The notes under the pieces are model-generated. The model searched no databases. It was not told the DNA's origin and saw only the letters and a list, made by a program, of their open reading frames with translations. A stretch of 64,000 nt of DNA from Geosiphon pyriformis uo1 (taxonomy: Eukaryota > Fungi > Glomeromycota), in assembly GCA_016748015.1 (NCBI GenBank), contig JAAOMT010000040.1:750754-814753 (forward strand). The letters run 5' to 3'. Each line of letters opens with the position of its first letter. The stretch's first letter is position 1. This document shows positions 1-12,549 of the stretch, piece by piece. The translations under genes and the position numbers were made by a program.

Positions 1-194
1 TTAATCAAAAATTTTATATTTGAAGGTTACTTTAAAATTAAAATTTTCAATTAACACAAATAATAATTGGGTTACCCATATTTAATAATATGTTAAAAAG
101 GTTAATAAAAATTACAATAATAAGATGTTAAAATAAAATAATAGTAGTGAAATATATTTTTATAAGATTATTAAACAAAAATTATCATTTTGTC

Positions 195-1030
195 AATAAT
201 AATAATAATAATAATAATAATGTTTATTGTAATCCCGATATTCCTGTCTCTGCCGGTTACACATGATTCATAAATAGGTTGTTATTATCTGCTCCCAAAA
301 ACCAAGCTTCAAAAGTATACGGGAATATCTTAAATTGTAATACTTTATGTGATCTGTAAAGTTTCGTGCGAGCCCGTGAAATTTAATTTTTTGACAGGCG
401 GCACAAGAAGATCCCGGGGCTAATCATCTTTGCAAATCTGAGATGGTTCAGTTGATTTGTTGGTGGTACACTTGGTCAAAATCATTTACCCCTGATTCCT
501 GCATGTGATAATAAAAATAAAAATGGCAAGGTATATGTGGGCTTGCCCTACACTCGGTAAGGGTGTTTTTTGACAGCTTCATATGCTTTCCACATTTGAT
601 CCTTTTGACCATTTTTATAAAGTTTATCGGATACGTGTTGCCTTTGGTTCAATGCATCACTATATAAATAATTATACTCCATTTTTCATTTTGAGTAAAC
701 TTGTGCTCAGGCCTAATTACCACTTGTAAATCATCCCTTTTGCCAAAAAACGCCTATTCTGCATTTTCATAAAATTATTTCGTCCATAAACCTTCCTTTT
801 CTTTTTATGATGATCTTCTTTAAATGTTTCCGATGCCTGCTAGGGTGTAAACATCTGATTCTAGCCAACTCGTACCTATTGAATTCCCATATCAAAACAC
901 GTTAAATTGAGAATCATCTTCCCTATTGTAATCAATAACGTCTGTGCTGCTGCTGCTTCCTTAGGCTACCTTCGTATCAAAAATTTATAATTTCCCAAAA
1001 ATTGTCTGATTCTTGAATGGTCACAATCTA
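195..1030 (-). mobile_element. possible decayed non-LTR retrotransposon 3' end
   Basis: Minus strand ends in AATAAA followed by an (ATT)n tail (plus-strand (AAT)n at 195-221); a CAAC...ETL.H-like remnant near 350-410 needs a frameshift; no intact ORF. Confidence 0.25.
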
Positions 1031-1757
1031 CTAGTTTTTATACAGGTTGCTTGTAAAGTTTATTATTTTTTTCGATGGTTTTACATTAATTGCTTATATT
1101 CAAAAAGGAGGTTTCATATTTCGCGAAATATGTGACAACATAATAATAATAATAATAATAATAGAGTAACATTAGTATATACTAAGAAACAATTTAAAGA
1201 AAAATTTGGGAGATTCAAAAGTGCATTTTTTAAGGAAATATTTTATATTAGTTCTGAGAAAAAGAATTAGAGTTGGGCTAATTTTAATGTTCGGGACTAT
1301 TTTTAGGTAAGATGGTCGCAGATCAGACCGATTTTAACGTTAATGCTTTTCACGAAAAAAAAACGAACCAAACAGGTCAAAACACCTAACATTTTTGTAA
1401 TCTTTTTAGAAGAATAATATCTCGCATTGAAATTTTATTTTTTAGAAAAGAATAAACGAGAAAAAAAACGAAAAATTTAAAATCAAAAACGCGTATTTAC
1501 AAAAATATCTAGCGAAAAAAAATCTACAAGAAAAAAAATCAAGGGTCTTAAAAGAGAAAAAACATTTGTAGCAAATTAAATTTTAAATCAAAAATTAAAA
1601 GTTCTGAGGATTTTCGTCTTTTTTTAATTTGGAAAGGGATGAAATTATATTATATCAAACTGAATGCATATGAATCATCATCATTACAAACTAAACGAAA
1701 TAAAATAAAATATTTTGGCCAAAGGGATGAACAGAGAAAATAAAGCAATCTTTTCAT

Positions 1758-2717
1758 TCACCACAACCCAGGATTAATGCGAGATACATCTTCTTGTCGA
1801 TATGAACAATCAAATGGAGAAATTGGAGGTGGTAATGTACGATCGCATGAGTCAAGCACGTCACGTAGGCTTTGATGGGAGTGTAATGCTTTTTTGGATA
1901 GTGAATTTACCCATGAATGAGATTCAGAGTGAAGGCGAGGAGCGTATGGTTTCTTACATTCAATAGGTTCAAGACGTTCGCGAATTTGTTGATCTTGGGG
2001 TTTGGGGATTATTTCATCATGATTGATTTTTTGAGCAGGGCTCGCAGAATCAGGAATAGTGGCTAACATTGGTATCTGTTCATCTGACGAATATCCGCGC
2101 AAGGTCGGTGAACCATGCTCAGATTCATCAGAATTGACTCCACTATTACCAGGATGAGAAGATTCTGAGGCTGGACTTTTCGGAGCTATTTCTGGATTAT
2201 TGTTGTTAATGTTTCCAGCAGCATCTCTTCTTAGTTTCTTTAATGTGCATGCGGCAATGTGTCTGGCTAAAAAACCAGAGCGCGTAAAAGATTTCGTGCA
2301 ACCACTGACAGGACAGTGTTGTGATATATTTGGTGATTCTTGTAAGATATATGTTATTGCGTGATATGCTGGTTGATTTTTAATGTAGATTGTGGTATTG
2401 CGAAACATCACCATAGGATTTTTACCCCTGCGTTGAGGATCTTTTCTTTTGAATTGTTTTTCGTGAATCTTTTTGTGACGCGTCAATTCATCAGAGCGCG
2501 AGAAGCATTTTTCGCATGCTGGACATTTATGAGGTTTTTCACCTGTATGTATTTTCAAATGACGTGTTAGATGCTCTAGTCGAACAAAATTTTTTTGGCA
2601 CATTCGACATTTGTAAGGTCTTTTGCCTTCGTCATTAAGTGAATCAACATAAAGATCGGAAAACAAGGTTGGTTGAGGCTCCGATTCTTGAGGAATCTTG
2701 TGAAGAGTTTTTGCCAT
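1758..2717 (-). CDS. creA: CreA/Mig1-family C2H2 zinc-finger transcription factor (carbon catabolite repressor-like), single exon, 319 aa
   Basis: RPYKC..C...[32 protein letters not shown] matches the CreA/Mig1 two-finger signature; C-terminal RTLPPPIS resembles the Leu-Pro effector motif. Confidence 0.85.
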   Translation of the reverse strand: MAKTLHKIPQESEPQPTLFSDLYVDSLNDEGKRPYKCRMCQKNFVRLEHLTRHLKIHTGEKPHKCPACEKCFSRSDELTRHKKIHEKQFKRKDPQRRGKNPMVMFRNTTIYIKNQPAYHAITYILQESPNISQHCPVSGCTKSFTRSGFLARHIAACTLKKLRRDAAGNINNNNPEIAPKSPASESSHPGNSGVNSDESEHGSPTLRGYSSDEQIPMLATIPDSASPAQKINHDEIIPKPQDQQIRERLEPIECKKPYAPRLHSESHSWVNSLSKKALHSHQSLRDVLDSCDRTLPPPISPFDCSYRQEDVSRINPGLW

Positions 2718-3060
2718 GAATTTTTATTTTAAGGTATTAGCTCGTTGCTTTAGAAATGTTGTGCTTTTCAGTTTTTACTTTCAACTTTGATAAAGTTAAG
2801 AGAAGAGAGAGAAATAAAAGGATTGAGCTATACGTCGCAGTCGTAGGAACTTTGTATTTTTAGTCGTGTCCCGTTTTCCCAAGGAAAGTGAATTGATGAG
2901 GTGTTTTGAAAGGGAAAGGGAAGATTAAGAAACGTAAAATTATGTATTGGCTTTAGAGCGCGGATAGAAAGTTATTGGAAATCTTATATTTATACTAGAG
3001 CCTCGTGAATTATGATTTCAGCGGTATTGTCCTAAATTTGGCACAAGATTTTCTGACGAT

Positions 3061-4556
3061 GTGGCAGGTGAGACACATTATCTTGCCTCTGTTTCGCCAT
3101 CGCATTTAGAGGAAATAAACGGGAACTGTGGGAATAGAAAACTAAATTTTCGAAATATCAATTATTATCATGCGTGGTAGTAAAGGGGTAAAAAAGTAAA
3201 CTCAATTTTTTTTCATTCTTCAATTATCCTGATTATGCTAATCAACTTATTAATAAAAATCATCAGCCTCTTATGAAACTTGTGTGCATTGACTTACATT
3301 AAAAAATAGTAAGTCAGGCGTCGAATGATCAAACGAGACTGTTCCCAATGCTCACAAGAAAAGGATAAAATTGGTAAGGAAATATGTAAATCTTGGGTGG
3401 GGAGAATATGTGCAACGGAAAAAACTGACCTGGTCCTGTCAAAAAATTTGCCTTTTCATTTTTGTCTCTTACGCTGCAGTAACACGCAGCCAAATTGCAT
3501 GTTTTCCATGTGATGATTCATGCGGTGTCAGCAAAATACGAGGCAACACGAAACTCAATTGCTCTCTTTGACATTTTTTTTATTGTCCTTAAACTAATAT
3601 TTTTCTTATTTTCAACCTTGTATTGTCATTCAACTGCCCAAGCGCATTCTCACCATTGTTGTTGGTATTCTTGTCTTTAATTCGAAAGCTTCTATCCGTT
3701 GTACGAATAAACAGCGATTTAACCAGCTTTTTAGCACATGTAAAATAAATAATGACATGTAGATAAAACGCGTCAGTATATGTCGAATTGTTCAATTCAT
3801 ACTAGAACCGGTTTCTTTTCTATACCTGTGTATCATTAAAACGCCGATGCGAAGGAATACTGAAAACAATGGTCATGGGAGATAGTTGATCTGAGCGATA
3901 TAGCGATAACAAATACATGGTCAACAAATTTATTTTATATTATATATATATATATTGTATTAGGTAGGTATAGATTGTTCGTTTTAAAAAAAAAATCATT
4001 TAAAATTTCAACTCTAATCTTTCATCATTAAACATATTATCCCGCTTAACCAGCCTCTTTCTTGTTTTTTACAGATATTTCTGCCACGTTTTCTTCTTAT
4101 CGTGATACCGTCTTTTTTCACCATTATTAACTCATAAAACCTGCCTTTTTTAATCATCGAAATCAATCAAAGGTGATACAGGAAAAAAAACGACAGACTT
4201 CCATCCAACAACAAATAATTATCTAGAAGAAAGAAAAACCAAGAAGGGACAGAAAAGACTCGAAGGTTTGCCTTTTAAATATCTAAGGGAGAAAATCGGC
4301 AAATGCGGAAAGGCACCTGGTTTCCAATTAAATATTGTATCATCTTGCCTGCATCAATTTTATGCAATTTCACCTGAATTTTATAAAAACGACTATGTAC
4401 ATTGGGTTCTACCTTATTATTGATCACATGCTGATTCAGTGCTAACGCCGGTAAAAATCCTTTCAACAGCTGATATCAGGTGATTTTATGAAACCATGCG
4501 CAAAATGCGAGCAAATTTGATCGCGAGAATTATTCCGTCCACGCTACCTGCCACGC
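3061..4556. promoter_or_regulatory. long upstream regulatory region of creA-like gene with clustered E-box (CAGGTG/CACCTG) and CTGCCAC motifs
   Basis: CAGGTG/CACCTG at 3065, 4314, 4371, 4477; CAGCTG at 4467; CTGCCAC at 3061(-), 4081, 4548; region keeps CpGs and has no credible ORF. Confidence 0.35.
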
Positions 4557-5753
4557 TTCCAAAAGAATTACCAATTTAATATTTCAATTTTAGCGAATTA
4601 TTTAACTGCAACTTAACGATATTAGGTTTATAATTTGAACATGACATTTTAAATTTTCAAAGCATCCATTGTCAGAATTAATAATACAGAATCAAGTTTT
4701 CTGTATTGATGATCCAACAACATATTTTAGGTTAGAAATAATTGGTAAATTTACGAGCTTTTCCAATCTCAAAAGAAATGAAATCTTTTTTTTTATACGT
4801 GAATTTTGGAATTGCATAAAAATTTATTATAAAATTTCTAATAAATTTGTATCAAACTTTTTAATTATGTAATTTACTTTGATTGTATTTCACTTGATAC
4901 TTATATTTTGACAAATTATTATTACTTTTTATCAATGTGTGATGTTTAGGGCAAAATGGTATTTGATTTAATTAATTCTAAATTTGCGCTTTATTAAAAA
5001 TTAAAAGTTGATAAGATAAATAAATTTTTTAGAACTTGCTTAAATGGCTTAATTTAATTCAAAAAGAACAAATAATGTTTTTAAAACAAAGTTTGAACTA
5101 AATAAAACAAGCTCACTTATTTGGTAGAAAATTGTATTAAAAAAACTATTGTGAGTTAAATATTTCAAAAAAACTCATGTGTATTTTTGAACTTATTTAC
5201 TTTATATTCTTGTAAACTTATAAATCAATAAAATAAATCACAGATTTAATTTATAAAAAAGCCATAATCAAAGATAAAATGAAAAAAAAAGAGTTTAATA
5301 ATTGAAAACCACAAATTTTATTTAAACTTATATTAAAATAATTAAAAAATGTGTAAAACAAAAACTTTTATTTATGGGATTAATTTCAATAAAAAATTAT
5401 TATAAATATTTTAATATTAATATGAGTATTGAAAGATATCTGTATTATAAGTTTAATTTACTAAAAATTTTATTTTTACATGAAACAATCTGGCTGTGTT
5501 TACAATCAAATATATTATTCTTATTTATGCTTCAATAGTTATAATGACTCTTAAAAAAAATCACAAACTATAGCATTTATTTTAATTATATGATTATACA
5601 AGTCCTAACAAAAACAGTTACTTTCAAATTGATTGCTTTTTAAGTTAATATTATGTAAACTAAATGTAAAACTTTTTCAAAGAACATAAATATTCAATGG
5701 AGGGAAATTAATTTTTCTTATAATGAACTTCAAATTATAAATTTAAAAGTATC

Positions 5754-7084
5754 TTATCCCAAAATTCTTGAAAATTTGTTATATTCTGGACAAATTCCCA
5801 TTTCTTGACCAAAATATGGTCCGAAATGTGAAAGATTGCTTGAAAATTGACCCTTCTTTTGAGTTTGTGCATTGCAATGCTTTTCGTAAATTTTGTTTAT
5901 AAAAAAATTTCAATAGAATCCAAATAAAAGCAAAAAATAACTTAATCAAGTGGCATTATTATAAAAATAAGGTATGTTTTTGAAAATATTTTACCTCATT
6001 TTCCACAAACACATACTGAAATCTACCACGACTTGAAACACGATCTCCACTGCACTCAAAGATTTCAGTCTGTCTAAAACCTAGTTTATGAAAACAATCA
6101 CAGTTTACGGAAGGTCGAATCCAAAATTCCTTTTCATAATGCCACCATCCTTTATTCGAAGGAGGAAATTGAGGTAGAAAATCATTGTCATATGTGAATC
6201 GAAAAACTTTATGCATCAGAATTTCGTTGACATGTTCAGAAAATTGGCGGTTTCCTATTCGGGGCTGACCAAATGTGTATACTGTAACATCTTTAGATTG
6301 GTGAAATTTTTTGATTAAAAGTGCCGCCAGTATTGCGTAACCTGTATTTATATAAAAATTGGTAAATACCTATAAGTAATTTATGAAAACCTTTTTTGAA
6401 GAATAATATCCTGTTGCTCATATTAATAATTGACTTGCCTCCTCCTAGACCATGCCCAGCTAAATGGAATTTGTTAAATTTATTCAGAAAATAAGCAATC
6501 TTTTCCAATAAATTAACTTCAATTTTTTGAAATGTTTCAAAAATCTCAAGGTGAATTTTTGACTTCTTGAGAGGATCATAATAAAGCAATGAATTTTCTT
6601 GGCTTTTCCATCTCTCAAAGCTGAGTTTTGTTCCTCTAAAATATAAAATTACTGCGTATTCATTGTTAATCTCCAATCCTTTTGAAATATTAAAAGTAGA
6701 TTTAAAGAATACTATTAGACTTAAATTCATTTTTTGAAAAGGTTTGTAAATTTGTTAAGTTTAATTCCTTTTTACCGTAGATCCCATCCGAATCATTTTC
6801 TTCAAGGCAGTAAGCTTTGTTAGCGTAATATGCAAAACTTTGAAAGCTAAAAAGTAGTCTCTCGTCAGTCACCAATTTTTTCAACAAATAACCATCTTCA
6901 TTTATATTTCTTTTAATTTTTCTCTTGGTTTCCCTGTTCGCTAATATTTCCATTTTGACTTCTATGAATGAATTTTTTATTATTCGAATGATTATTGTTG
7001 TTGTTGGTAAAATATTTATCACAATGAAAGAAAAGATTGTCAGAAGAGTTATTAAAAAATTTTTGCTCTTTTGTACTTGATCAT
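5754..7084 (-). CDS. class-3 lipase-like protein A (4 exons, N-terminal signal anchor); nucleophile Ser replaced by Gly; apparent 1-bp frameshift near start
   Basis: YANKAYC, YFRGT, LAGHGLGG, YTFGQPRIGN, RFTYDNDFLP, WWHYEKEFW, terminal HFGPYFG; exons ~7084-6776, ~6679-6439, 6341-5995, ~5879-5754; ATG 7084 hits TAA after a T6 run unless one T is added. Confidence 0.8.
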
Positions 7085-8033
7085 TGCTCAGGTCAAAAAT
7101 GTGGAATATTTTAGTTTTTTTTCATGTAATTAAAAGAAATAAAAATTAGAAAGTTTATGCATCATTTGTATTTAAGTGACTAATATTAAGATAGTTTTAG
7201 AAGTCATTGGAAATTTTATAGGCAAAGATGGGTTAGTGAAAAACTCTTAAATATTATATATATTAATCTGTTTTTAAAAGAAAGTAAAAATAAATTTGTT
7301 TTTATCGATAAAATAAATCTTGGGCTTATCTTGAATGTAAAGCGTTGTTGTTTCCATATCTCATTCAAAAACAAGCAATCTTAAGGTCTTATCTAATGAA
7401 GATCTTTTTAAAGTTTATATTGAACACATTCATAAGGTCACCAAGGCTCCTCACTTAGTCAAAACTGACTTTTCCAATTCCACTACTATTCTTGCAAATT
7501 CTTAAAACTTCAATTAAGTTTGGAATACTCAAAGAAAATCTTAAAATAACGTGCAGACTTGTTTGTTACTTGTATGATCTCGGTTAAACTGAATGTCTAT
7601 AACATAATAAAAAAAATCCTATACGTGCCTTGCAACTATATTGAGGCTTCAAACCTTTAAAGCTTTGTCTGATATTGTGTGCTGACATAAGCTAGGCTGA
7701 CTGAGAAAATTTTGTACTTACTCCTTTGTAATCACAAATTAAGCATCCCGAACCCTCGGTAAAAGGATTTACGAAATTCGAATAGGGAATGATTAGAGAA
7801 CAATGGTTTCTTGCATACGGAAAAAGCCTAACTTTTTAAATTCTCAATGTAAAATTATACCTCCCGCGTTATATCACAATTTATAGGGGAATTACTCATA
7901 AAAGTTGTTTCTCAATTCTTAAATATCTCGATATAGTTTATTTGAAAAAGTTTTGAATTCTTTAATTATATATAGGTCTAAGAGTAAATAAATAATAAAT
8001 AATTCATATAAATTAAAATAATAATAATAGGAT

Positions 8034-8158
8034 TCAAAGTAATTCCGGACATTGTCCCATTAATTGTCCAAAATAAGGGCCATAATGAATGAATTCTACT
8101 TCAGTCTTGGTTCTTTTGTTACATTCCTACAAAAAATTTGCTTGAAGTTAATTACTGT

Positions 8159-8200
<42 letters not shown>

Positions 8201-9616
8201 AACATAATTTTTTGAGATCAGATAAAATTAATTACTATATTTTCAACAAAAACATCTCGAAATCGTTCTGTTGGCCCAATTTCTTCACCTCTGCATCTGT
8301 AAACCTGAGTGATATTATTAGATTTCCTGCCAAAGCAATCACAATTATTTTCATTGGTGATCCAATATTCAGTTTCATAATGCCACCAACCATAACTGGA
8401 TCGTGGAAAACGAGACACAAAATCATCCTTGTATGTGATTCGAAATATTCGGTTCGGTAAAATTTTATTGACATGTCTGGCGAAATGACCGTTTCCGATG
8501 CGTGGTTGGCCAAAAGAATAAATTTTAATCTTTGATCGTGGCATGAACTTTTTGATCAGAAGTGCTGTGAACAATGCAAAGCCTAAATAAAAAATCAATT
8601 TTAAAATCAGGATCTTTTGTCTCTATTACGTCTTTTAAATTTTCATTTGAAATAAAAATTACCTCCTCCCACCCCATGTCCAACTAATTGAAATTTACGA
8701 GAGGGTGTTAAATATTTTTGAATCATTTCATAAATATCGATTTCTGATTTCTCAAAATCTTCCAAAATTTTCCTAGCAACTTTGGAATTTTCTATTCCGT
8801 TATAGGCAATCCAATTATCATTTTGTGCGTTCCATTCTCTCAGAGAAAGCTCTTTGCCTCGAAAATAAAAAATAATTGCATCTGATTCATTTGTAATATC
8901 GACTTTCCCTATACATGTGTTAATTTTGTGTTTGAAAGGAGAATCGATTGGCGAAAAATTATTTTTGAGGAGTTTAGTTTTTTCAAAAAAAAAAACTAGC
9001 AAATACCAAAAACTACTTTTCCGTTGTCAGGATAACAATAAGCCTTGTTTGCATAATAGGCCATTTGGGCAAATTCTGCCAAAAGGTCCTTGTTTAATAC
9101 AAGTCTTTTATTTGGACCTTTTTCTAAAGGAAAAGAATTTTCTGAAAGGTCATCATTATCAAAAAAATGATTACGCTTTCTCAGGAAAAGCTTTTTTGAT
9201 ACCGATTGAGCCACTCTCTCACTTTGTTGTTTTCGTGAAATCCTTGAATTTTTTTCCGCGGTCTTAAATACTGTTTTGTCTTTTTTCTTCCCTAAAGACA
9301 AACGCACCATCTGAGATGTTATGTTTATGTGATCAATTCCTTTCCTCAATAATGAAAAAGAATTAAAGTCTTTTAAAAATGTCTTTGAGAAATCTTCTTT
9401 GTTCACACTTTGCTTTATGTGAGTTTTTTGATAGTCTGAGCCAAGTTCATATAATTTTCTTAATCGATCTATCATTTTTCCATTAATTATTAGAGTTATT
9501 AACCATCCTTCCCCTCCTTCTCTCGCTACAATGAAGAGCAAACCAATTGATACCACGAGTAAGAACAACCTTGACCCAATTTTTCTCGATTTCTTCCACG
9601 TCACATTATGTACCAT
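8034..9616 (-). CDS. class-3 lipase-like protein B (4 exons, type II membrane anchor); nucleophile Ser replaced by Gly
   Basis: YYANKAYC, FYFRG, LVGHGVGG, YSFGQPRIGN, RITYKDDFV, WWHYETEYW, HYGPYFG; same intron positions as paralogue A. Confidence 0.85.
8160..8197. repeat. (TAA)n microsatellite in last intron of lipase-like B
   Basis: about 12 TAA units read directly; similar tracts at 195-221 and 1140-1163. Confidence 0.95.
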
Positions 9617-11269
9617 TTTGTCGTCGGGCAGAAATCATGTTCTGGTTTTAACAGTGAAAAAGTACTCTCTTCAAGGATCTCTATATTTGTATATATTTTC
9701 TTTTTGAAAGATATACTGTACATCGTGGGATTTCAATGAGTATTGATAAGATCAGTTTATTTTGACTATATTTAGTATGTTTTTATGAAATATTTTGAAA
9801 ATCATGTAAAGCCTTCACATGTTTGCAATATTTTACTAATTTATTTTTTGAGATTTTAGTCCTTACAAATTAAAAACTAGCCGAAATTTTTTTTAGGAAA
9901 TTAGAATTAAAAAGGATATATTTATTGTATGAACAACACACATTTTAATTTTTGTTGCCAATTATCAGTTCAAGTTATCTATTTCAAGTTTGATTGTTAA
10001 AATTTTTTTAATTCATCATAATCAGTAATATCCTTTCAGTTAATCACTCTTGTAATTAATCACCTTTCTGGTTTATAACTCTTTTAATTAATCAACATTA
10101 TCTTCCAATTAATTGTCCTTACATTTTATTATCCTTCTAGTTAACCATTGATTATTTTTAAATTAATCAATTTCATTCTTTAATTATTTATTTTTCAATT
10201 AATCACTTTTTTAGTTCCTTATTTTAGACATTATCTCTTATATTGCATCATAATTTATTATACAATTCTTTTAAAATTAGCAAAGATTTTAACCTGATCA
10301 AAACTAATTATTGTATATTCAACATATGTAAAGTTTATTTAGAAATACAATATATCTATTTATTTCAATAAACTGCTCAATAGTACATAATATATTTATA
10401 TAAACACAAGTAAAATCAAAAAGATATACATAATATTTTATGTTGAAATAGAGTAATAAATCACTTTAGATGATATAGTCTTTATTAAAATTTTGGTGGC
10501 AAGCAGTTCCATTTTTTTTTACAAACGTTTATAATATGTTTGAAACATAATAACCAAAAATAGCAATTATATAAAGACCAAAATTATTTATATTTGAATT
10601 AGTTTAAAAGACTTTTTAATAATCAAATTTTTTATTTACAACAATATTTTTCAAAACATGAAATTATTAACTTAAGATTTAATTGGAAATACAGAGACTT
10701 TATAGTTTTCTGAAGGCATATAAAAAAACTAATTATGTTATTTTAGGTAGGAATTTGTAAAATATCCATATTTTCGCATTTAATAAATGGTTAAATGTGG
10801 ACAACCTGCATTTAGTGAAAAGACGTTTGAGCATTCATGATCTTGAATAGTTATTGACACAGAAGAATATACAAATAAAATTCGTGGATTCTACAGCGAT
10901 ATTCACCATAATCTGAGTGAATAAAAATGTTTTGCTGCTCCCAATGCAAAACAGAGCTTGATAGAATATCAATTTTGCTGTCTTACTAAAAACAAGTCAG
11001 ATTAGACTAAAATGACTTACAGAACTTGTATATCACCTGATTTAGGATTTAATTAATATAAAGTTTTATTAGGAATAATAAGTTCTAATTTACCTTATAC
11101 AACCAAAGTGCTTTTTTGAAATCTCGTTTTATATCCCAAATTACTTTCCAATACCCCAAAAGATAATATCATCTGAACTTTATGCCATAAAAAACCTAGC
11201 ACGCCGCCAATCCTTTTTGCTCCCAGTCAAGGCATCGTAATTATTACCTTAAGTAGTACTTTGAAAAGA

Positions 11270-11545
11270 TAACATAATTTTATGTTCAAAAAAGGGGCCT
11301 AAACATGAAAGACCCAATTTTTTGATCCTTTTAGAAATTGTATAAAAACTTGAATAATGTTTTAAATATTTTTAAAAATATCCTAGAATCCAAGATACTA
11401 ATTCATCGGCTTTTGACATGTGAGCTAATCTATGGAAAGAAAATTTTGAAATCTTGTTTCAGTCTTGAGGGCATATCGAAAGGCTAAAAGGTTCAATGAA
11501 AAACTGATTTTGCAAATATGACCCAAATTCTATGTCAAAATTAAA
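11270..11545 (-). pseudogene. possible 3' remnant of a third lipase-like paralogue
   Basis: Minus-strand fragments EF(W)V, TETRFQNF and LSCLGPFF loosely resemble the last two exons of lipases A/B in the same order and orientation. Confidence 0.2.
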
Positions 11546-12280
11546 AATCTGGAAATAAAAAAATATTATTAATAGTAAACAAATATAAGAAATTAAAAAA
11601 ATTAATATTGGTTTATAGATTTTAAATTCAATTTAAGTATGCACACTTTATAATTTTAATTACTTATTAATAAAAAAAATTATGTAAAAAGTTATACATG
11701 TAAATAAATTACTTTTTTAGTTATCAATATATATTCAAAATTTAAATCAGTTCTAAATTTAGATTAAATTAAATGATTGATCCTATGTTATTTACAATAA
11801 TAAGAAAATTTTATTCTTAATTTGTATTATATTGCTGGTATAAAATTGTGTATATTGCATGTATATAAATTTTAGATAGTTTTTTATTAAATTGAGTAAT
11901 CAGCGGTAAATTTAATTTTTTTTTAGAATGGTATATAAAATATTTATATTACAATCATATGATATTGATATTTTTAATAGGCCCTAATCAAAAATAAAGA
12001 TTTCCTTTTAATTTATAACAAATTTTACAAGTATAACATATTAATTCATTGATTTTAATTTTTGTATTTGAATAAAAAATTATACATTTAAAGGTTAGCG
12101 TTATCTGTGCTCAAAGTAGAATATCATAAATTATAATAAGATCGATCTCCAAATTTGATTATCTCTGTACCGATAAATTTTCCGGGTTAGTTTACATAAA
12201 CAAACTGTGTTAAACGCGTCTTCGTCATATTAAACCCGTCTTCGTTATCTAGGTAAGAACTATACCAGTAAAGCACAACC

Positions 12281-12475
12281 CTACTGGCGTATTGGCCATT
12301 TGCTCCTGCGTCAGATGGTTGGAAGCAACATCTGAATCCCCTTTGGTGCGTACGTGCGTGCTCAAAGGCTGATTTCGCCATGTTTTCCTACTGGCGTATT
12401 GGCCATTTGCTCCTGCGTCAGATGGTTGGAAGCAATCTGCTGAACACCCTTTGGTGCATGCATGTCCAAAGGCTG
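12281..12475 (+). repeat. GC-rich 107-bp tandem repeat (about 2 units), mirrored at ~14010-14200
   Basis: ctactggcgtattggccatttgctcctgcgtcagatggttggaagcaa at 12281 and 12388. Confidence 0.9.
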
Positions 12476-12549
12476 TTTCTCTTCATTAAGTTGGTCTTGT
12501 CTATTATTATACACACAGGAACTTAACGACTGACTTATCTCTTTTCAGA

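Noticed and set aside
3396-3402. Single SYGGRG (GTGGGG) site as CreA autoregulation
   Set aside because: One hexamer is expected by chance
2361-4466. Small ORFs overlapping or upstream of creA-like gene
   Set aside because: Antisense or non-ATG, no motifs; uORF function unsupported
12281-12475. CRISPR-like repeat-spacer look
   Set aside because: Only about two units, the intervening sequence is itself repeated, eukaryotic context, no cas genes
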